Shown here: positions 30,845 through 39,594 of the stretch, piece by piece
Layout of the letters: the number at the start of each line of letters is the position of its first letter
Numbering within the stretch: the first letter of the stretch is position 1
Source: a virus
Taxonomy: Duplodnaviria > Caudoviricetes
Reading direction: 5' to 3' (one strand)
IMG/VR virus record: IMGVR_UViG_3300010371_000007
Location: 1-57,735 of that record
DNA: 57,735 nt
The notes under the pieces: model-generated
What the model was told of the DNA's origin: nothing
Databases searched by the model: none
What the model saw: the letters and a program-made list of their open reading frames with translations, nothing else
Translations under genes and position numbers: made by a program

Positions 30845-31069
30845 TCAGAAGAAACTGGGCTTCGCCACGCCGCGCGTGAGCGCCATGAGACCAGTCTGCA
30901 GGTCTGTCGCACCGATGCTAACCCAACGCTGGTCGACTTCCGAGTTCGCTCGCAGCTGAGCGACCAGTTCGCCGAGCACGACGCCTTGCGCCTTGATCTG
31001 GTTCATGAGGTCGATCTCGGTCTGCGATAGCTCGCGGTAGCCTTTTATCTGACGATGCTGATTGTCCAT
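30845..31069 (-). CDS. acb2: Anti-CBASS cyclic-oligonucleotide sponge, Acb2 family
   Basis: MDNQH..IKGYR.LSQ.EID.MN..K..G and RW..IG.TD.QTG.MA..R..A.P.F match the Acb2 signature as I recall it from Pseudomonas phage Acb2. Confidence 0.85.
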   Translation of the reverse strand: MDNQHRQIKGYRELSQTEIDLMNQIKAQGVVLGELVAQLRANSEVDQRWVSIGATDLQTGLMALTRGVAKPSFF

Positions 31070-31078
31070 GGTGGTCTC

Positions 31079-34000
31079 CTAGTGTGCCGCCGCGATGGCG
31101 ACGACGTTGGTGGCAGGTGCCGCGATGGAGATGACGGGGTAGCCCAGCACCTCCGCGGTGAACTCGATACCGTCGGCCCGGAAACTCTTGGCCGTGCCGC
31201 GCATGAACACGATGCGCGCGATGCGCTTGACCTTCTCGCCCTGTTTCGCCGACTGCCGCATCCAGTCGAGCACCGCCTTGAAGTCGCCGTTCTTGCCGAT
31301 GACGTACTCGCGCAGCAGGTGGGTGGGCACGATGACGTCGGACACGGTGAGCTTCGAGCCGGACGTGGCGCCGCGGATCTCGCCGACGTACGCATGGGTG
31401 GGCGCCGTGATCAGGTTGTCGCCGGTCGGGCCGCCGAACACCGCGAATGCGTTGATCTTGTCCGTGATGTACTGGGTCACGAAGTCCTCGGGGCGCGTGC
31501 GCGCCATGTCGAACTCGGTGGTCTGCGTTTCCCAGTGCTGGCGCACCACGTCGACGATGGCGGCGCGGTCGAACGCGAGACCGAACGCCTTGCCGATGCC
31601 CGCGCCGATGTCGATCAGTGCCGCGACCACGGTGCGGAAGCGGTCGCCCGTGTCGTGCGCCATGTGCTGGTCCCACCACGCGAGGCGGTCCATCACGACC
31701 TTGCGCCAGAAGTCCGCGCCCTTGTCCACGAACAGCTTCGCCAGCTTCGGGCCGAGGAAACCGTAGTTCGTCTTGAGCAGGCCGATCTCGACCTTCGCCG
31801 CGCCCATCTGCATGGGGTCGATGTTGAGCGGGTACAGGCGCATCTCGAATACGCGCGCGGCTTCGGCGGTGGCGTCCTGCCGGAAGTTCTGCAGCTTCGC
31901 GTGCACGCTGGTGTTCGACGTGGCGATCGCCGGCAGGCACCAGCGGTGCACGTTGTCGCGCAGCTTCGCCTCGCTCGATAGGCGGTGGCGCTCGCGCCCC
32001 TGCGTGATCGTGTAGACGTAGTTCGACAGCTCCTTCCCTTCGACGTTGGTAAACTCGTCGATCACCATGGGCATGTTGCCACTCACGCTGGCGAGGTGGA
32101 ACGTAGCCGCCGGCGAGTCGCGGAAGTCCTTGCGGAGCGTGTCCGGCTTCCCCCATATCGACAGGATCGCGTCGCACAGGGTGGACTTGCCCACGCCCGA
32201 CTCGGGGCTGTACGCGTTCAGCAGCACGCCGTCCACGCCGGTGAACGCCATGAGCGGCGCGGCGATGCCGAGCGCGACGATGGCGGCGCGGTCGTTGCCG
32301 CCGGCGATCACACGGTTGAACGCGCGCAGCCACTCCTGCTCGCTGCCCTCTTGGTGGTACGCCTCGATCTCGGACACGGCGGTGGCAGGGCGCACCGACT
32401 CGGTGCCGGCGGCGCTGTACATCGACGTGCCGAGCACGAATTTCTGCATGTCCTCGGTCCAGCCGCAGCGGGACGCGATGGTGCTTGCCTGCCGCAAGCG
32501 CTGGAGCTGGGAGAGGAACTCTGGCATGAATTTGTCCTGTAGGTCCTTGACCTGCTGCGACGTGTAGTGCATGCCCGCACCCGACAGCAGGGTAGCGAAC
32601 GCGCGCACGTCCGTCATGGCCTTGTGGTCGAACTCGACGCGGGTAATGCCGTCCGAATGCCGGTTGAACGTGATCGACGTCAGCGAGGCATGCCCCTGCA
32701 CGTCGAGCAGGCGCTCCGCGCTGATCATGGCGTAGCTGCCGATCGGGATGATGATCGGCGGGGGCGGCTGACCGCCGGGCACGGGCGCCGGGTCCTGCTT
32801 CAGGATCGACGGGATGCCGTTGTGCACGGTGAGCCGGGACGTGAGCTGGCCATCGACCACCTGCACGCTGTTGACCCCGTTCGTGATCAGGAAGCACCCG
32901 ACCTGCTGGCTGGCCGCAGCCGGCGACAGGCCGATCTGCTGGGCACTGGGCGGGGGCGGCACGCTGGCGGCCGGCGGCGCTACCGCGGGGACGGGCACGG
33001 CGGCGGTCGACGGCAACACGCGGGGCTGGTATCGCCCGGTGACCGATGGCGCTTTGTGCGTGGCTCGCAGGGGGCAGCGCTGGCACTCGGCCATGCCGAG
33101 CCTCGCCATGGTCTCGCAGGTCGGCGGCTCATACTGCTGATCGACCACCTGCGCCCATTTCGCGTCGAACACGGCACGGTCGAAGTCGGGGTGGCCGGCG
33201 GACAGGTGCAGCGCCACGCGTTCCTTGGTATGCGCCGGGTCATCGCTGGCCGCGACGAGGGTGAGCACGGCATGCCACAGGGGCTCGCTGTCGTGCGCGC
33301 CCTGCGTCTGGAACCGAGCCACCATGCCCGGACAGGTCTTGAGCACGCCCTGCATGGAGAACGGCGGGTGCATGTTCGCCGACAGCGGCGACACCGTGGT
33401 GCCGAGACCCATGGGGCGCTGACCGGCGATAGCCGGCGCGGCGCTGACGGGGGTGTAGCGCGCCAGCTGCTGCTCGTACCACGCCGGGTCCATCGGGGTG
33501 CCGGTAGTCAGCTGCTTGACCGGTTGCGGGTTCGCCAAGTCCTTGAAATTCCAGCTGCCCGGCAAGCGCAGGATGCGCGCGGCGTCCTGCGTGGTCGTGG
33601 TGTCGACCACTAGCCCGTGCTGCGCCAGCGCTGCGCCCAGCTGGCGCACCAGTGGCTGCCAGCGTACCAGCTCGATATCGCGATCCAGCAGCCAATAGCA
33701 GTGGATGCCATAGCCCGAGTCGACCAGCGTGGGCATGGGCAGCCCGATGCCCTGCAGCGCGGCCTTGAGCGCCTGCCAGCCTTGCGCCTTCGATCGGTAC
33801 GGGACCTGCGCCAGCTTGTTCGTGTCGGTGCCGTTGTACACGTCCACGTCGATGCGCAGGCTGCGGTGCCACAGCGCGTTCTCCGCGGTGCGCGCGGCGA
33901 CCAGCACGCCGGCGTTCTTGCCCGACTTGATCGGACGCTGGCCCGGACCGTAGCCGGCGATGGCGACGTAGGCGTCAGCCTGCCGCTGGATCGCCCACGC

Positions 34001-34153
34001 CAGCTGGCGCTCGGTGTCCGCCTGCGCGGTGCCGGGTGCAGCATCCAGCTGCCACGTGGAGCGCTGGCCCGGCGCACCGGGGAAGATCAGGTCATAGATT
34101 CGCGTGCCACATGAGGGGAGTACCGCGTCGAGGAAGTTCGTTGGTAGTTGCAT
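31079..34153 (-). CDS. Primase-helicase (RepB/prim-pol-like N-terminus, Zn finger, DUF927-type P-loop NTPase)
   Basis: IDVD, SGYGIHCYW, RILRLPG, C...C-x2-C, SGVGKST Walker A, VIDE Walker B. Confidence 0.85.
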   Translation of the reverse strand: MQLPTNFLDAVLPSCGTRIYDLIFPGAPGQRSTWQLDAAPGTAQADTERQLAWAIQRQADAYVAIAGYGPGQRPIKSGKNAGVLVAARTAENALWHRSLRIDVDVYNGTDTNKLAQVPYRSKAQGWQALKAALQGIGLPMPTLVDSGYGIHCYWLLDRDIELVRWQPLVRQLGAALAQHGLVVDTTTTQDAARILRLPGSWNFKDLANPQPVKQLTTGTPMDPAWYEQQLARYTPVSAAPAIAGQRPMGLGTTVSPLSANMHPPFSMQGVLKTCPGMVARFQTQGAHDSEPLWHAVLTLVAASDDPAHTKERVALHLSAGHPDFDRAVFDAKWAQVVDQQYEPPTCETMARLGMAECQRCPLRATHKAPSVTGRYQPRVLPSTAAVPVPAVAPPAASVPPPPSAQQIGLSPAAASQQVGCFLITNGVNSVQVVDGQLTSRLTVHNGIPSILKQDPAPVPGGQPPPPIIIPIGSYAMISAERLLDVQGHASLTSITFNRHSDGITRVEFDHKAMTDVRAFATLLSGAGMHYTSQQVKDLQDKFMPEFLSQLQRLRQASTIASRCGWTEDMQKFVLGTSMYSAAGTESVRPATAVSEIEAYHQEGSEQEWLRAFNRVIAGGNDRAAIVALGIAAPLMAFTGVDGVLLNAYSPESGVGKSTLCDAILSIWGKPDTLRKDFRDSPAATFHLASVSGNMPMVIDEFTNVEGKELSNYVYTITQGRERHRLSSEAKLRDNVHRWCLPAIATSNTSVHAKLQNFRQDATAEAARVFEMRLYPLNIDPMQMGAAKVEIGLLKTNYGFLGPKLAKLFVDKGADFWRKVVMDRLAWWDQHMAHDTGDRFRTVVAALIDIGAGIGKAFGLAFDRAAIVDVVRQHWETQTTEFDMARTRPEDFVTQYITDKINAFAVFGGPTGDNLITAPTHAYVGEIRGATSGSKLTVSDVIVPTHLLREYVIGKNGDFKAVLDWMRQSAKQGEKVKRIARIVFMRGTAKSFRADGIEFTAEVLGYPVISIAAPATNVVAIAAAH

Positions 34154-34172
34154 CGCCCCAGCCCTTGTAAGT

Positions 34173-34198
34173 CGCCCCGGTGGATACCCACCGGGGTG
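34173..34198. other. GC hairpin between the SSB-like gene and the primase start
   Basis: CGCCCCGGTGG-ATAC-CCACCGGGGTG. Confidence 0.5.
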
Positions 34199-34220
34199 TT
34201 ACCGCACAGCGGGTAGGCGA

Positions 34221-35435
34221 TCAGCCGAACATGCTGTCCACGCCCTCGATCACAGCCTGCGGCAGCGGCGCGCCGGCGGCGGGCGCCGGAGGGACCGCCG
34301 CGAACGGCTGCGGGTTCGGCTGCGGCGCCATGGTCGGCTGGACGGGCGGCGCGAACTGGGGCTGGCCCGGCGGCGGAGCGAACTGCGGCGGCTGCATGGC
34401 GACCGTGGTCGGGATCGTGGGCGCTGCCATCGGCTGGGCGAGCGGCTGCGCGACCGGCGCGGTGCCCCATGCGGCCGTCGGCTGCGCGGGTGCGGGAGGC
34501 GCCGGCGGATATGCAACGGGCTGGGCGACCGCCGGAGGCGCCGGCGGGTACGCAGGCTGGGGCGCCACGGGGGGCTGCGGCTGGGCGGCCGGAGCGCTGA
34601 CCATGGGCTGGGGCGCCCCCATCCCCGCGGGCGCCACGCCGGCCGGCGCCGGCAGTGCTGCAGTGTTCTGTGGTGCGGCGAGGGAACCGTTCGACAGGAT
34701 GTCCAGCGTGCGGTGGTCGTTGCGCAGCGCCTGCGCCTTCGCGAACTGGGCGTCGTCGAGGTACTGCATCGCTTGGAACTGCAGCTTCGGGTAAGCCACG
34801 GTGTAGTCGAACGTGATGCGGACAATCACTGCGAAGTAGGGCACGCCCTGCGCTTGCAGCTGGCGGTCGAACTGGGCGAGGCCCGACAGCGACGCCGCCG
34901 GCACGCGCAGCAGCATGGGGCCGCCGAACTGTTCGTTGTCCATGTTCACCGGCGGCACGATCACGACCTTGCGGGTGTCGGCGCACGCCTTGCTGTTCGA
35001 CGCCGTGCCGTCGGTCGATTTCTTGGAGCCGAACGCGTTCCACGGGCAGGTGCGGCAGTCGACCGCCTGCGGCTGTTTGCCGGGGGGCGCCACCGGGTGC
35101 ACGCCGTCCTCACTGGAGCAGTCGGGCGCCTCGCTGGTGCCCTCCACGTAGGACTTCTCGTAGAACGTCTTCGACAGCTCGGCCTTGGCCGAGATGATCA
35201 CGACGTCGAGGTACTGCAGCGGCTGGTTGCTGCGCGGGTCGATCAGCAGCGTCTCATTGGCGCCGTACTTGATCTTGAAGACCTTGCCCTTGTAGGACAC
35301 GTTGGCGAACTGCACGCCAACACCCTGACTGAGGTCGCCGCCGGCTGGCTGGCCTGCGTGCTGGGCGAGGTACTGCTGGATGGCAGCGGGGACCGGCATC
35401 TGGCCGGCGTTGAACGGAACGACATTGGTGGACAT
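34221..35435 (-). CDS. ssDNA-binding/annealing-like protein with Zn motif and Pro/Gln tail
   Basis: PDC-S-DG..P...C-x2-CP-N-FGS...KAC; LRVPAASL; replication context. Confidence 0.6.
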   Translation of the reverse strand: MSTNVVPFNAGQMPVPAAIQQYLAQHAGQPAGGDLSQGVGVQFANVSYKGKVFKIKYGANETLLIDPRSNQPLQYLDVVIISAKAELSKTFYEKSYVEGTSEAPDCSSEDGVHPVAPPGKQPQAVDCRTCPWNAFGSKKSTDGTASNSKACADTRKVVIVPPVNMDNEQFGGPMLLRVPAASLSGLAQFDRQLQAQGVPYFAVIVRITFDYTVAYPKLQFQAMQYLDDAQFAKAQALRNDHRTLDILSNGSLAAPQNTAALPAPAGVAPAGMGAPQPMVSAPAAQPQPPVAPQPAYPPAPPAVAQPVAYPPAPPAPAQPTAAWGTAPVAQPLAQPMAAPTIPTTVAMQPPQFAPPPGQPQFAPPVQPTMAPQPNPQPFAAVPPAPAAGAPLPQAVIEGVDSMFG

Positions 35436-35449
35436 GAAGGGCTCCCGGG

Positions 35450-36061
35450 TTAACGACGAAACTGGACGACGACTTCGCTCCAGACCTTGATGCCCGGAGG
35501 CAGCGTGCCTGTGTGCTCGAAGTAATCCCGCACTGGGTCTTGCTTGACGTCGCGCTTGAGCATGTCGGTCTGGCCGTTGGCCTCGACCCACGGCATGAAC
35601 ACGGCGGCGTCGTCGACACTATAACGCGAGACCGTCTTGGTGAACGCAGTCCCCGTGTCCGCCTTGAACTGCGTGAGGTTGCCACGGTCGAGCCGGCCCT
35701 TCATGACCGTCTCGATGCGGTCCATCCGCTGGACGAACTGCTTGTCGATGGCTTCCTTGTGAGCGGCCTCGCGGCGCTTTTTCTCGTCGCGCAGCGCGAT
35801 GTACTGCTCGATCAGCTCGGCCTCGGTGTGCTTGTCGTCCGGGTCCGGTGCGGCCGGGACAGCCAGAACCGGCGGCGAGCCCGGCAGCTGGGGCGCAAGG
35901 ATCGGCGCGCTGGCCGTGGGGAGCGCCGGCGGCGGGCTGGCCATCGCCTGCATCGCGGGGTTGCCGAGGTGCGGCGCGCCGAGGACAGGGATGCCACCGA
36001 CGGGCTTGGGCACGACGGGCGGCGGTGGGGGTGCAGCGGGGTTCAGCAGGTTCGGGATCAT
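35450..36061 (-). CDS. Replication-module hypothetical protein with Pro-rich N-terminus
   Basis: YIALRD.K...GTAF...LPPG pattern; GGAG RBS. Confidence 0.65.
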   Translation of the reverse strand: MIPNLLNPAAPPPPPVVPKPVGGIPVLGAPHLGNPAMQAMASPPPALPTASAPILAPQLPGSPPVLAVPAAPDPDDKHTEAELIEQYIALRDEKKRREAAHKEAIDKQFVQRMDRIETVMKGRLDRGNLTQFKADTGTAFTKTVSRYSVDDAAVFMPWVEANGQTDMLKRDVKQDPVRDYFEHTGTLPPGIKVWSEVVVQFRR

Positions 36062-36071
36062 GAGGGGTCTC

Positions 36072-37652
36072 CTAGAGGACTTCAGCGAGCTGCTGGTTCT
36101 TGACCAGCGACATCAGCAGCCCGGCGGTGGTCACCCGCTGTTCGAGCTGCCGATAACGTTGCGCCTCCATCGTGGTCGCCACGATGTGCGCGATGTACTG
36201 GTGCTGCTTTTGGCCGGGGCGCGTGATGCGCGCGTTGGCCTGTTCGTAGATCTCGACGCTCGGTGGTAGACCCCACCACGCGATGACGCTCGCGGAGGTG
36301 AGCGTCAGACCGTGTGACATGCACTGCGGGTGCGCCACGAGGATGCGTAGGGATGGGTCGTCCATGAACGCCTTGAAGATCCGGTCGCGCTCGCCGACCG
36401 ACGTGTCGCCTGACACCTGCTCCGCGGACCAGCCGCCCTTGTGCAGGTGCTCCACGAGCATTTTCAGGTTGTGCTTGTACGGCGTGAACACGATCAGCTT
36501 TGACGCCAGTGCGGTCTGCTGCACGATCTCGTCGAGCACCTTCAGCCGCGGGGAGCAATCGAGGTAGTGCACCGTGCCGTCAGTCTGGTACACGCAGCCG
36601 AGCACGACCTGCAGCATTTTGTTGATCTTGTCTGCCTCGTTCTGGACGGTGATCTCGCCTGCCTGCAGCTGCGCGTGGAACTCCTTCCGAAGGATATCGA
36701 ACAGTTTGTGCTGCTCGGCGGACAGCTTGCACTCGTAGTCGACGTACTGGCACGGCGGCAAGTCGATGCACTGGTCGCGCGTGAACCGCACGGCCGGCTG
36801 CGCGAACCGGAACACGGTTTCGTTGGCGTCAGGCTTCGGCAGATACTTGAACGCGGTGACCTTCCGCATGGTGACGTCGCGGAACTGCGAGAACGACATG
36901 CCGTCCAGCGCACGCGGTGTCAGCGCTTTGATCTGGCCGTAGGCGTCGATCGGCGACTGCGGCGTGAGCAGGCCCGTCATGCCGACGAGGCGCCTAATGT
37001 GTGGCAGGCGGAACAGCGCGTTCGCCGTCTTCCATCGGTCGCTTCGCGCGTTCTTGATCGCGGTCAGCTCGTCGTAGATCACCATGTCGATGTCGGGCCG
37101 CTGGCGCAACGCGTCGAGGATGATCGGCAGGCCGTCGTGGTTGATGATATAGACGTCCGCATCCTCGGCGAGCAGCTTGTGCCGCCTGTCCGCGGAGCCG
37201 TGCAGTACGCGCGTGGTCATGCCACTGAACGCCTGCAGGACCTCCAGCGCCCACGTGCGGCGCAGGGTCGATAGCGGCGCGACCACGAGCACCTTGTGCA
37301 CGACACCCTCGCGCTTAAGGTAGTCGAATGCGAACAGCGACGCTCTGGTTTTGCCTGTGCCGAGGTCATTGCACACGTAGGACGCGTCGTTCGTCGTGAT
37401 AAGTGCAGCCGTGAACCGCTGCGCGTCGAACGGCTGGAACCCGTTGACAATGGGCCACGTGTAGTCGGTGAGGATCGGCGGCGTGATGTCGTACTGGAGG
37501 TTGCGCAGCACGCGGTACTCGTCCAGCTTGTGCGGGACGATGGTGAACTCGCGACCGTCTTTCTGCATGACCTTGGCGTGCGGGATCAATGCCTTGATCC
37601 GTGGGTCGTCGGCGATGATCAGATGGTTTCGGTAGAGGGTAGGCTGGGGCAT
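36072..37652 (-). CDS. SNF2-family (SF2) helicase
   Basis: DLGTGKT, YDE, MTG, HGLTL, QANARITRPGQ motifs. Confidence 0.9.
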   Translation of the reverse strand: MPQPTLYRNHLIIADDPRIKALIPHAKVMQKDGREFTIVPHKLDEYRVLRNLQYDITPPILTDYTWPIVNGFQPFDAQRFTAALITTNDASYVCNDLGTGKTRASLFAFDYLKREGVVHKVLVVAPLSTLRRTWALEVLQAFSGMTTRVLHGSADRRHKLLAEDADVYIINHDGLPIILDALRQRPDIDMVIYDELTAIKNARSDRWKTANALFRLPHIRRLVGMTGLLTPQSPIDAYGQIKALTPRALDGMSFSQFRDVTMRKVTAFKYLPKPDANETVFRFAQPAVRFTRDQCIDLPPCQYVDYECKLSAEQHKLFDILRKEFHAQLQAGEITVQNEADKINKMLQVVLGCVYQTDGTVHYLDCSPRLKVLDEIVQQTALASKLIVFTPYKHNLKMLVEHLHKGGWSAEQVSGDTSVGERDRIFKAFMDDPSLRILVAHPQCMSHGLTLTSASVIAWWGLPPSVEIYEQANARITRPGQKQHQYIAHIVATTMEAQRYRQLEQRVTTAGLLMSLVKNQQLAEVL

Positions 37653-37993
37653 CGTGAGAGAATCCAATGGGTGAAGATCGCCAGATCCGCATCTGAGGCG
37701 ATGACGACCGCCGCAATGCCGCCGAAGCGCATGGTGCGGATGGTCTTTTCCTGCCGGCCGGTCAGCTTCCCTTTACCGTCGAACCGCTTCACTTCGACCG
37801 CAAAGGGAATACCCCAAACGTTCTCGGGGAATTTGATCGTGCCGGTAATGTCGAGCGTGGGGGTGCTGAACCCATCCCCCGCATGCGACTCGTAGTAGAG
37901 CATCGCGCCAGACCTAGTGCAAGCGCCCTTCATGGCGTTCAGGATCGCTGCCTTCGCACGCGACTCAGGTGTCGCTGCCATGATCGTCTCCAT
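37619..37993 (-). CDS. VRR-NUC-type nuclease
   Basis: TPE...D...FAVEVKR...LT-RQ. Confidence 0.75.
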   Translation of the reverse strand: METIMAATPESRAKAAILNAMKGACTRSGAMLYYESHAGDGFSTPTLDITGTIKFPENVWGIPFAVEVKRFDGKGKLTGRQEKTIRTMRFGGIAAVVIASDADLAIFTHWILSRCPSLPSTETI

Positions 37994-38372
37994 ACGACGG
38001 GTGCTTCGTGTGCATGTGGCGCTGCAGGTTCTGGAACGTTCGCTGGCAGCACGGGCAGACGCCGTTCGACACGCGCTCCTTCACCTTTTTCAGTCGCGTG
38101 CCTTGCGCCTTCGTCGCGCGCTGCGCGTAGTCGAGCTGCTTTCGGGTTCGCTCCACTCGCGAGCGTTCGATATCGAGCTGCGACGCGAGTCGTTGGATCT
38201 TGGTCTCGTCCGCCTCGCCGGGGAACCACTGCGGATGGCCTGCGGGGCAGTAGAACAAGTCGCGCTTGGCCCGCCGCTGTCCCTCGAACTCCCGCGTAAG
38301 GGCGAACTCCAAGGAACACCGCGCGCAGGCAAACACAACAAACGTCGTTCGGTTCGTGAATACGGTGCTCAT
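37965..38372 (-). CDS. Zn-binding coiled-coil protein
   Basis: CxxC...CPxGH and CPCC...H-x3-H. Confidence 0.7.
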   Translation of the reverse strand: MSTVFTNRTTFVVFACARCSLEFALTREFEGQRRAKRDLFYCPAGHPQWFPGEADETKIQRLASQLDIERSRVERTRKQLDYAQRATKAQGTRLKKVKERVSNGVCPCCQRTFQNLQRHMHTKHPSYGDDHGSDT

Positions 38373-38375
38373 GGC

Positions 38376-39074
38376 TTACTCCGGTTGGCGCGCGGCAGCT
38401 TCCCGCGCAAGGCGTTCGTCCATCGTGTTGTGCTGGCACTGCTTGACCGGGCACCAGCCGCACAGCGGACCGGGCGTCTTCGGCCAGTTGTCCTGCTGCT
38501 TCGCTTGCGCGAGTCGGTTGACGTCCGGCAAGAACAGGTTCCAGATCGTCGGGATGTCCTCGCGCCGCCAGTGGTTCGGCACCCACTTGTCGTGCAGGGC
38601 ATACCAGTAGTTCGTCGTCACCTCCTGCACCTGCGGGTGGGTGTGCATGAGCACGGCGGCGCCGAGCGCGTTCTGCTCCTGATCCTTTTTCGGCTTGCCG
38701 AACTTGTAGTCGATCCACCACGCGCGCGACCCGTTGACGATCGACACGTCGGCGACGGCGCGGACGAACGCGCGGTCCCAGTCCTTGAATCCGCACGACT
38801 GGTAGTTCGCATCGAGCGCCAGCTGGTTCTCGCACAGCAGGGCGCCGGGCTGGCGCTTGATCCGGTCGAGCACGGGCGCGTAGCGCTGGAGGTTCACCGG
38901 CAGGGATTTCCCGCGCGATACGTACAGCTCGAAATCGCGATGGTAGTCCTCGCCGGCAGAGTTCTGCTGGTTGACGTCGGAGACGATCTTGCCGATGCGC
39001 ACCGCCCAGTATTTGTACGGGCAGGTCTTGAAGTCGTTGAGCGCGGAAAAACTCCACGCGATGATCGGGCGCAT
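38376..39074 (-). CDS. PD-(D/E)XK (Cas4/RecB-like) exonuclease
   Basis: WSFS-L..F..CP, E, D, IDYK-GK, C-x2-CPV-x2-C. Confidence 0.85.
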   Translation of the reverse strand: MRPIIAWSFSALNDFKTCPYKYWAVRIGKIVSDVNQQNSAGEDYHRDFELYVSRGKSLPVNLQRYAPVLDRIKRQPGALLCENQLALDANYQSCGFKDWDRAFVRAVADVSIVNGSRAWWIDYKFGKPKKDQEQNALGAAVLMHTHPQVQEVTTNYWYALHDKWVPNHWRREDIPTIWNLFLPDVNRLAQAKQQDNWPKTPGPLCGWCPVKQCQHNTMDERLAREAAARQPE

Positions 39075-39162
39075 TACTTGTCTCCTCGCAAATAATCCTG
39101 CATGTCGTTCAGTAGTTTTGTCTCGCCATCGCCTGTACAGCCGCGCTTGAAAATGAGGTCAG

Positions 39163-39585
39163 TCAGCTTTTTGAGAGCGCGTCGGCGTTCGCTCTGAAAC
39201 CACTACGCGCTTGGTCGCGAATGAACGCCTCTGCCGCGTCGCGCGTCCCAAACGCTGGGTAGGGGTATGTCATGCTTTGGTAATTTTTGTTGAAGTCATC
39301 CCCGTCGATGATCGACAACGGGAACTTCGCTTCGCGCACCACGCGCCCTTCCTCGCCTCCCGCCGTATCGACGTAGTACACCGTCAGGTGCTCGCAGCGT
39401 TTCGCGCGTTCGTCAGATATTCCATACGTTGGCGATGCGAACTGTGTCGGCTGGAATGCTGCTTTTTGGGCGTTGTACGCACCCATCAGAGACTGCTGCG
39501 CGATGGGCGGTTGGCTGGACATCATCGCGCCCTGCATGGCTACCATTTTTTGCATGTGCTCATTCATCACGTCTTGGGTCGACAC
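39163..39585 (-). CDS. Hypothetical protein
   Basis: GTG start with GGAG RBS directly after the polymerase stop. Confidence 0.6.
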   Translation of the reverse strand: MSTQDVMNEHMQKMVAMQGAMMSSQPPIAQQSLMGAYNAQKAAFQPTQFASPTYGISDERAKRCEHLTVYYVDTAGGEEGRVVREAKFPLSIIDGDDFNKNYQSMTYPYPAFGTRDAAEAFIRDQARSGFRANADALSKS

Positions 39586-39594
39586 GGTAGTCTC

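Noticed and set aside
34221-34660. Pro/Gln/Ala-rich stretches (also in the portal tail, 24050-24450 and 49700-50090) as DNA repeats
   Set aside because: Low-complexity protein linkers with no discrete repeat unit.
38376-39074. Cas4 as evidence of a CRISPR system
   Set aside because: It is a stand-alone PD-(D/E)XK exonuclease in a standard phage replication module.
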